In this document: piece by piece, positions 12,151 to 19,754 of the stretch
Layout of the letters: each line of letters begins with the position of its first letter
Numbering within the stretch: the stretch's first letter is position 1
Assembly: GCF_006345805.1 (NCBI RefSeq)
Contig: NW_021824123.1
Location: 1 to 19,754, forward strand
Direction of reading: 5' to 3'
Length of the DNA stretch: 19,754 bases
From: Octopus sinensis
Taxonomy: Eukaryota
The notes under the pieces: model-generated
Databases searched by the model: none
Seen by the model: only the letters and a program-made list of their open reading frames with translations
Told to the model about the DNA's origin: nothing
Made by a program: the position numbers and the translations under genes

Positions 12151-12540
12151 CTTTGTTTCATTTTGAAAAATACAAACTTATTTAACGGTTTACTATTGTT
12201 TATGTTTTGAATTGCATATTATATATATGGAAGCACCAAAGTGTTTAAGTGTTTAAGGCCTTTGCAGATCTTAATCCGGTTCTGAGTAAGACGTGTCGAC
12301 TGTTTTGTGATGTAATTCAGAGATGATAACAGTAAGACGTGTCTTACGCAGTGATACGTGTCACACAAGTTAGTCACTCTTAAGACAGAAAACCACAACA
12401 CAACACGGAATTCCGCCAAAGATTTTGGAGGTGCTGAAGAATATTCTTATATTCTTCCAGTCGTTCAATTTCAGTCTTTCAGTCTTTGTGTTATTGCCGT
12501 GCTGAGACAACATCTTCGCTCAGAATAAATACCACAAACG

Positions 12541-12554
12541 AGTAGTAGTAGTAA

Positions 12555-12605
<51 letters not shown>

Positions 12606-12609
12606 CAGC
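12541..12609. repeat. (AGT)n microsatellite
   Basis: Direct reading; source of the poly-Leu/poly-Tyr ORFs. Confidence 0.95.
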
Positions 12610-12618
12610 AGTAAGTAA

Positions 12619-12678
12619 GGCGGCGGGCTGGCAGGATTTTTAGCACGTCGGGCAAAATGCTTCGCGGCATTTCGTCCC
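12619..12678 (+). mobile_element. Truncated head of a family 2 SINE
   Basis: GGCGGCGGGCTGGCAGGATTTTTAGCACGTCGGGCAAAATGCTTCGCGGCATTTCGTC aligns with 16990-17048. Confidence 0.8.
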
Positions 12679-12718
12679 ATCTCCCCAAATTTCACGCCTT
12701 GTGACTATAGTAGAAGAG

Positions 12719-12725
12719 ATTATTA

Positions 12726-12766
<41 letters not shown>

Positions 12767-12808
12767 TATTATTATCATTATTATTATTATCATTATTATT
12801 ATCATTAT
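12719..12808. repeat. (ATT)n/(ATC) microsatellite
   Basis: Direct reading. Confidence 0.95.
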
Positions 12809-13147
12809 CTTTCAACTGTTTCCATTTCTTGCCGAGTGTCTTCCTGACACCTAGGGCAGAGAATCTCCCTGTATACAGTGGTAGGCCATGAAAATAAACA
12901 CATCAGATTGTTCATTTACAAAGTCATGTGATAGAGAAAAAGGAGAAGAAAGACAGAGAAAAATAAAAAAAAATAAAATAAAGGTAAATAAAGAAAATAA
13001 ATTGGGCGGGGAGAAAATCCAGCGTCGATGGTCCTCTCGGTAGGTGTGACAAACCAGTTAAAACAATCTTTTGCACTTCTTGCATGGGGTCATTCTCAAG
13101 TGAATTTCAGTTCCCTTTTTGATTCATATATGTATTTCCTTATATAT

Positions 13148-13195
13148 GAGGTAAAGTTGACCTCTCGACATTTGAACTCAGAATTTTCTTTGATG
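13148..13195 (-). mobile_element. Small diverged family 2 SINE fragment (B-box region)
   Basis: Reverse complement TTCTGAGTTCAAATGTCGAGAGGTCAACTTTACCTC resembles TTCTGAGTTCAAATTCCGCCGAGGTCGACTTTGCCT. Confidence 0.5.
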
Positions 13196-13593
13196 AAGCA
13201 CGCCAACAAGAACTTTCTGTTTGAGTGGTCCATGGTGTCCCGAAATAATTAATTAAAAGATTTTTTCCCTGTGGTACTATTGAGTTAGTCATTACCTGGG
13301 CCGAAAACAATCTAAGGTAAGACTGAACAAGCTTTGACAGAGTAGATACACAAATGGCTATTCGCACACAAGACTCATTCTATCCAAAGCATATACAAAT
13401 TGGAGCCAAGAACTCCCTATAAAAATAGGACAAGCTTCAAACACGAGTCAGGAGCAAGACGACTGCGGCATAAACCACGTCTTTCTCTCTCAACTTTTGA
13501 AGGTCAGCGTAAAATGTGAAACCGGTTAAATCTTCAATCATATTTTTAAAAATCTATTCTCACTGTATTTTCAACTATATATATATATACATA

Positions 13594-15740
13594 TGATTTT
13601 TTGATTTTGATTTTTTTTTGATTTTCCAGTTTCAGCTAATGAGCTGTGGCCATGCTGGGGCACGGTTTTACCTCACGGATGCTTTTTAGCAAACGCCATC
13701 TGATGCATGAGAGAGTTCGATGCAGCTGCCCTCATCTGCGCCTCCTGCCATGAAGTTGGTTCATCCGGGACACCTGACAGGAAGAGATCCAGTCCTACTT
13801 TAAAGACATCCGCATCTACACCATGCAGGTCCCTCAGGTTCTTCGGGAGGATATTGAAGAGCCGTGGGCCTCTGAAGCCCAGGCTATCACAATATCTTGT
13901 CCTACATCTTGATGGCAAATTTGGAGTCCTTGGTACTACGCCGTGGCGTCCGGTTCTGGCATTTGTGTGACTCTCGATGCCAAAGTCTGGGACAAGACCT
14001 TCCAGGATCTTCAAGATATATATTATGGCATATCTTTCTCGCCTACGCTCCAGGGAATAGAGCTTTAATCTCTTGAGTCTCTCCCAGTAGCTCATATGCT
14101 GCACAGAGGCTATCTTCGTGTAGCTTCGTTGGATCGCCTCAAGTTCTGTGATCAACTTGACACTGGATGGTGACCATAGCTGAGAGCAATAGTCAAAGTG
14201 GCTTAGGACAAGTGTCTTCCAGAGGACCATCATGGTTTCTTGTTCTCTTGTTCTAAAGGTTCTAAGAATCCATCCAGCCAGCCGTCTACATTTCATTGTC
14301 AGTTTAGCAACATGTACATGAAAGGTCGCGTCATCACTCATGTGAATACCCAGGTCACGCACTGATTGTGCCTCTTGGATTTGCAATCCCTCCGAGTCCA
14401 GTGTATTCATTGGGTATTGCATTCAGTTTTGCATGCTGATAGTATAAAGCTTGAAACTTTTCAGCATTGAACTGCTCACATTGCAGGTGCTTAGTGTCTT
14501 CAGGGTTCTGTATTGCCTGTGAAACTTTTGTATCATCTGCATAACTTGTGATCGTGGCTCTCTGCGTGGCTGAGGGCATGTCTGAGAGGGCCATTATGAA
14601 CAGTAGTGGTCCCAAAACAGTGCCCTGCGGGACACCGCTCACTACTTGCGTGCTAATGGAAGTGGCCCCATTGGCTGCTACCACCTGACTTCTATTCTTC
14701 AGAAAGTCATGAAGCCATTCTCCTAGTTTTCCAACTATGCCAAGATCACGCAGTTTGTGACATATTATTCCATGATCGACTTTATCGAAGGCCTTTGCGA
14801 AGTCGAGATATATGACTTCCACATTAGAGTGATTGAGCAGTTGTTTCAGCACCCAGTCATAGTGCTGCAGGAGCTGAGTTAAGCAGCTTCTTCCTGGTCG
14901 GAAACCATGTTGGGTGTCAGGCAGCAAGTCATTTTCTTCAAGGAAGGTGATTAGTTTCCTTCTGACTATTCGTTCCATGACCTTGCTGATGTGTGAGATG
15001 AGAGAGATAGGTCTGTAGTTCTTGGCCTCCGCTCTGCTACCTCCTTTATGAATAGGGCATATTTTACCTTCCTTCAGTTTTCTTGGAAGTTTGCCAGCTG
15101 CAAGGAAGCTCTGAAAGAGGAACTGCAGTGGTCTTGCTAGGACTCTCTTACATACTTTTAGGAGGATTGCCGGGAATCCATCGGGGCCAATAGCTGAGTC
15201 TGTTTTCATTTCATCTATAGCCTTTATTACATCGTCTTCCTTTATATCGATGTAATTTATCGTCGCCGCCTCTGATTCTATATCTGCAGTGGTAAAGAAG
15301 TCAGTTGGATTGCTGATTTGGAAATGCCCAAGGGGTGGAGTGAAAACACTCTTGAATTGTTCATTCAGTATTTCACTTACCCTCATTGGTTTTCCTGTGA
15401 GTGTGCCATCCTTTTCAAGGAGTGGCCCTATCTACAGTGCACCGTAGCTGTTTCTTGGCATACCTGTAGAAAGCTCTGGGGTTAGTTTTTATGTTGTCTA
15501 TAGCCAGGCTTCTTTGTTCTGCTCTTTCCTTCTCATGGGAGAGTTGCAGACAATTTTCAATTTCCAACAGTTTTATTTCCAGGTGGGACTTTTCACTGCT
15601 TTCAATTTGTTTGTTTAGGCGATTTGAAATTTTTGTACGCCGTCTCATTAAAATTTTCCTCTCTCTGGGGATTTTGTTCTTGTGTACAGTGGCCTTTCTC
15701 TCTGGGACACATTTGTAGCATATGGCTTGCATTACAGACA
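13594..15740 (-). mobile_element. 5'-truncated non-LTR retrotransposon (CR1/L2-group LINE) with 3' UTR stem-loop and (AAAATC)n tail
   Basis: ORF2 remnants in three frames; stop at 13673-75; stem-loop CAGCTCATTAGCTG (13633-46); tail about 13594-13626; TA runs at both flanks. Confidence 0.93.
13673..15740 (-). pseudogene. LINE ORF2 reverse transcriptase, disrupted (no endonuclease domain, at least 2 frameshifts, internal deletion)
   Basis: RT motifs GPDG, NYRPISL, QHGFRPGRSC, YLDFAKAFDKVDH, SGVPQGTVLGPLLF and YADD; C-terminal RDLGI and YWERLKRLKLYSLERRRERY. Frame changes at about 15415-15455 and about 14385-14400. The segment HLQ-CEQFN lacks the usual intervening residues. Confidence 0.93.
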
Positions 15741-15750
15741 TATATATATA

Positions 15751-16148
15751 CTCTTTACTCTTTTACTTGTTTCAGTCATTTGACTGCGGCCATGCTGGAG
15801 CACCGCCTTTAATCGAGCAACTCGACCACGGAACTTATTCTTTTGTAAGCCCAGTACTTATTCTATCGCTCTCTTTTGCCGAACCGCTAAGTAACGGGGA
15901 CATAAACACACCAGCATCGGTTGACAAGCAATGCTAGGGGACAAACACAGACACACAAACACACGCACGCATATATATATATATACATATGTACGACGGG
16001 CTTCTTTCAGTTTCCGTCTACCAAATCCACTCACAAGGCTTTGGTCGGCCCGAGGCTCTAGTAGAAGACACTTGCCCAAGGTGCCACGCAGTGGGACTGA
16101 ACCCGGAACCATGTGGTTGGTTAGCAAGCTATTTACCACACAGCCACT

Positions 16149-16150
<2 letters not shown>
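15751..16150 (-). mobile_element. tRNA-derived SINE, family 1 (copy B), inserted in (TA)n immediately 5' of the LINE
   Basis: Nearly co-linear with 6647-7055; lacks the first 6 nt (GGCGCA); TA runs on both sides. Confidence 0.92.
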
Positions 16151-16191
<41 letters not shown>

Positions 16192-16272
16192 TATATGTGT
16201 ATATACATAGTGTAAATACATATATGTGTGTGTGTTGTGTGTGTGTGTGTGGTATATATATATGTATATATA
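16151..16272. repeat. Compound (TA)n/(TG)n microsatellite
   Basis: Direct reading. Confidence 0.93.
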
Positions 16273-16384
16273 TTAGAGTGGTAATTATTCAAATAATTTT
16301 GAAGCATTTATTGTAACAGAATCTCAACAGAGATTTGGAAGCCGTAGCAACGCTGCTTTTAACGAAACATAGTGTTGCTGCTGC

Positions 16385-16445
16385 TTTTGTTGTTGTCGTT
16401 GTTACTATTACTGTTATTATTAATATTATTATTATTATTATTATT
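16385..16445. repeat. (GTT)n/(ATT)n microsatellite
   Basis: Direct reading. Confidence 0.9.
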
Positions 16446-16989
16446 ACATTTTTCCTTTAATGAATTTTTCGACACCAAAAGGTCATTATCAAAAATTACT
16501 GTTGAACACAGACGGAGACGTGAGACAAAAGAAAAGCATAATTAATGAGATAACAAAGAGAGGATGATTCATTGAGTCAGCGACGAATTGTCGACAGTAA
16601 CAAGTTGTAGCAACTGACTGGCCAAAAATATCTCCAAGCTATTAAGATTTTTTTATTTTGAATGATTGTGTCCGAAACAAGTTGAGGCCACTGTAGCGTA
16701 AGGAATACAAAGAAGGAAAAGAAGGGGCCTAGAATATGAAAGGGGGTCGATTGGCAGAAAGATTAAAAGACTGAATATCCTAGATCAGAAGAAAATAAGA
16801 CAATGGTAATGAGTTCTAGAGAGGAGCAGTTCGAATAGAGAAGCTTTTGAAATAAAAGGGATTCGTGGCAAAGGGGAAACTCGAGAGAGAAATAATGCGC
16901 CTGGGAAGAGAAGTGAGTGACATGATTGAAGGTTTTGACTGAAGGGGCTGGACAAGAAAAGTCTTCAGTGCGATGGTCATGGAAATACA

Positions 16990-17411
16990 GGCGGCGAGCT
17001 GGCAGAAACGTTAGCACGCCGGGCGAAATGCTTAGCGGTATTTCGTCTGCCGTTACGTTGTGAGTTCAAATTCCGCCGAGGTCGACTTTGCCTTTCATCC
17101 TTTCGGGGTCGATAAATTAAGTACCAGTTAAGCACTGGGGTCGATATAATCGACTTAATACCTATGTCTGTCCATGTTTGTCCCTCTATGTTCAGCCCAG
17201 CCCCTTGGTGGGTAATAAGAAATAGGTATTTCGTCTGCCGTACGTTCTGAGTTCAAATTCCGCCGAGGTCGACTTTGCCTTTCATCCTTTCGGGTGTCGA
17301 TTAAATAAGTACCAGTTACGCACTGGGGTCGATGTAATCGACTTAATCCGTTTGTCTGTCCTTGTTTGTCCCCCTCTGTGTTTAGCCCCTTGTGGGTAGT
17401 AAAGAAATAGG
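16990..17411 (+). mobile_element. tRNA-derived SINE, family 2, with tandemly duplicated ~188-bp body and 14-bp target-site duplication
   Basis: Head GGCGGCGAGCTGGCAGAAACG; B box GAGTTCAAATTCC (17062-74); units start at 17037 and 17225. Flanks are GGTCATGGAAATAC (16975-88) and GGTCGTGGAAATAC (17410-23). Confidence 0.9.
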
Positions 17412-17787
17412 TCGTGGAAATACTTGTAAAGTAACCTACTTGAGATACATTTCGACGATTCGAACATTTTTATTTCAGTCTCGGTAGTTTGTAACTGGTT
17501 ACTTTTGTGTCTTTCATATTGTTACCCAACAAAGCTCAAACTGTACTAGTGGCTCCGACAGTACTGTTCGGACACTTGCTGGACACAGCAGGACACTTGC
17601 AGCCAACACAGAACCGTCGCAGAACGTATAATGGAAGCGTTGGGGTGCAACTACTTCAGAAAAAACTGCTGCTTTTCTTTAATAAAATTAAACGCAAAAT
17701 CTTCGCCAGGCAGAAAGTCACCAAGTATATATAGTGACGGAGAAGAACCACTGCTTGTTATTAAAGGGAAATTCTGAAAGCACGACA

Positions 17788-17920
17788 CGTATGGACTTAG
17801 TGGTCGGGCAAAACGGGAGCGTTAGAATATGTACCAGACTATACACTGGAGCTGGTTTATACCAGTAAATTCTTCAAGATGGTGCCCCAGCATGACCACA
17901 GTCTAATGAGTGAAACAAAC
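17788..17920 (+). mobile_element. Decayed SINE remnant ending in the LINE-type 3' tail
   Basis: A-box-like CGTATGGACTTAGTGG at the start; GTGCCCCAGCATGACCACAGTCTAATGAGTGAAAC (17882-17916) matches the LINE/SINE tail. Confidence 0.5.
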
Positions 17921-18352
17921 CTTTTTATTCACCTTACTTCGAGCTGTGCGAGTAATACCGGACTGATTTGGTGCCTCAACTTAATTACCTAATTTAAGTG
18001 AATCTTAATTATTTCTTAACTCGTCGACTATATTTATACGACGCTTCTGGTACTTAACTTTCACAGGATGGAAAGAGTCAATGTAGAATTTTGCTAAAAA
18101 CAATTATAATGAAGTATCCTGTATGTTGAAAACCTATATTGTCTTATGCATCCGAGGAAGGCAGTGTATTTCAAAATGATGTAATGCTTTCATTGTTCGA
18201 TTAAATGGAGCCGCCTGAAACGGCCGTAATGCAACTAATACTCTGACATCCTTCTTACTTGCTTTTTATTCACCTTTCTTCAAGCTGTGCGCATAATACC
18301 GGACTAACTTGGTACCTCAACTTAAGTACCTAATTCAACTGAATTCTAATTA
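17921..18352 (+). mobile_element. 341-bp hammerhead-containing unit with 91-bp terminal direct repeat (Penelope pLTR / non-LTR retrozyme-like)
   Basis: 17921-18011 and 18262-18352 align without gaps at 79/91 positions (manual count); a hammerhead motif lies between them. Confidence 0.65.
18147..18233 (+). ncRNA. Minimal type-I hammerhead ribozyme motif (U4C variant)
   Basis: Stem I TGCAT (18147-51)/ATGCA (18229-33); core CCGAGGA (18152-58); stem II closed by AGGC/GCCT; GAAAC (18217-21), palindromic loop GGCC, cleavage triplet GUA (18226-28). Confidence 0.7.
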
Positions 18353-18392
18353 TATATATATAATTATATTATATATATATTATATATATATA

Positions 18393-18689
18393 TGAAATTG
18401 AAGTTGTGTGTGTTGAGACTCTGTCTCCTCCGATTAGATTCCTAACTACTCCCACATTTTGCGGTGCAGAGTTTAACCAAAAGCGGGTATCTTATAGTCG
18501 TCATTCATATCGAGCCCTTCTGGGTATTAGTGCGCGTCTACGATGAGTCTACGATTAAAAAAAAATTACCATCATTTTTACGCATTTTTAATGATTTTTG
18601 CTCGGGTTATATAAGGGAAGTAACTCTCTAAAAATGCTTATATAGTTACTTCCCTTACAAACCCGAGCAACGCCGGGCAATACTGCTAG

Positions 18690-18690
<1 letters not shown>
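18393..18690 (+). mobile_element. Non-autonomous Helitron-like element
   Basis: 3' end has the GC-rich hairpin CCCGAGCAACGCCGGG (18662-77), an 8-nt spacer, then CTAG|T (18686-90). The 5' start is buried in the TA run at 18351-18392. Confidence 0.6.
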
Positions 18691-18722
<32 letters not shown>

Positions 18723-18753
18723 ATAGATATATATTATATATATATATATATAT
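18691..18753. repeat. (TA)n microsatellite
   Basis: Direct reading. Confidence 0.95.
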
Positions 18754-18835
18754 AATTGTTAAAGGGGACAACAAACGTTAAGGCAAGGCAAAGATCTCAA
18801 GTCATGTACATTATTATTATTGAAAAAAATTCAAA

Positions 18836-18891
18836 GTCTTACAGTTGTTTCTGGGATATCCATGAGTATGGGATATTCCGTCATCAGAGAC
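18836..18891 (-). ncRNA. Minimal type-I hammerhead ribozyme motif with canonical core
   Basis: Minus strand reads GTCT-CTGATGA-CGGAATATCC-catactcat-GGATATCCCA-GAAAC-AACT-GTA-AGAC. Stem I is 4 bp; stem II has 8 of 10 positions paired; cleavage predicted between 18840 and 18839. Confidence 0.78.
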
Positions 18892-19257
18892 AAATAAGGA
18901 AACGACGACATAATGGAACGACGACATAGAGGAAGGGAGTAAAGGAATAAGGAGATGAAGAGAGAGGAGAAAAAAGAAGCATGAAAGTTCATAGTTCAAC
19001 TTTTCGATGTTGTGGAAACAAATGCATAGGTCCTTACGTGGAATCCTGCGTAGATCCATCTGGCTTAAACTCCTGATATTGTAAACATCCAGAGAAAATA
19101 GACGCGAACATATCAACGTTCATCCGCTGCATTGGAAATTTGCAATGACTCCATAACTACCGTCTCAGCCATATCTTTGGAGCACTAGTAATCCGTTACA
19201 GCACCTACCTAGCGTACCTAATCGTTTAGATCACCTGTGAGCTAAACCTTCATACTC

Positions 19258-19520
19258 TGTATACATATATATATATATATATATATATATGAATGCTCAA
19301 TTTATAGGAAAGATCCAGAGGAACAGTAACAAGGTAGTCAGATGTCATATAAGCGCCTAAGAAATTAGTTCTCACACTTGCGTGGGAGTTAATTCGGGGG
19401 AGAAGTGAGACGTGTTTTGGAGAACATAAGAATAATGGAAAATGGAGAGAAACGCCCAAGATGGCGATACAAATGATTTAAATAACACCTTGGGCGGTTG
19501 TCTCCATTTCCCATTATTCT

Positions 19521-19558
<38 letters not shown>

Positions 19559-19560
19559 AT
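19258..19560. repeat. Two (TA)n tracts (about 19258-19289 and 19519-19560)
   Basis: Direct reading. Confidence 0.9.
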
Positions 19561-19754
19561 AAACAATGTGCTAAGGACGCAATAGATAGCAATATTGATG
19601 TTGGAAGCTAGTTTTTTGTTCTCCAAGACTCTCTTTGTAGGTCTGGCAGGTGAGGAGCATGCTCGTCCAAGTCGCCTGTGATCTCAGGGTCCAAAGAGAG
19701 GCTGTCGGTGATGTAGAGCCGAATTCATAGACTACCTCCAGTTCGTAGCTTTTG

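Noticed and set aside
12471-12695. Poly-Leu and poly-Tyr ORFs
   Set aside because: Translation of the (AGT)n microsatellite plus a SINE head.
16763-16989. ORF fragment FHDH...HFSSQAH resembling a GIY-YIG C-terminus
   Set aside because: Similarity is too weak by eye, and the ORF start comes from the SINE inserted next to it.
17921-18352. Direct repeats here and at 17037-17409 as a CRISPR array or LTR pair
   Set aside because: Eukaryotic context, only two long copies, no spacers or cas genes, no TG...CA ends, PBS or polypurine tract.

Overview
AT-rich, microsatellite-saturated eukaryotic non-coding DNA (intergenic or intronic). The SINE sequences look like octopus/cephalopod tRNA-derived SINEs; this is recalled from memory and not verified. 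I see no host protein-coding exon, and most listed ORFs are translation artefacts of (TA)n/(TG)n/(TAG)n tracts. Real coding content is limited to a 5'-truncated, frameshifted CR1/L2-group LINE ORF2 (13594-15740, minus), a second LINE 3' fragment (2971-3455) and a probable decayed Penelope-like remnant (~9560-10270). Other elements are several tRNA-derived SINEs of at least three families, two Helentron-associated (HINE-like) pieces and a Helitron-like element. The most notable signal is three separate minimal type-I hammerhead-ribozyme motifs, each with GAAAC-N4-GUA and a short stem I. The first (8440-8581, +) sits at the centre of a ~55-bp inverted repeat. The second (18147-18233, +) lies inside a 341-bp unit with a 91-bp terminal redundancy, resembling a retrozyme or Penelope pLTR. 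The third (18836-18891, -) has a fully canonical core. The LINE and the main SINE also share a 3' stem-loop with two compensatory base-pair changes.
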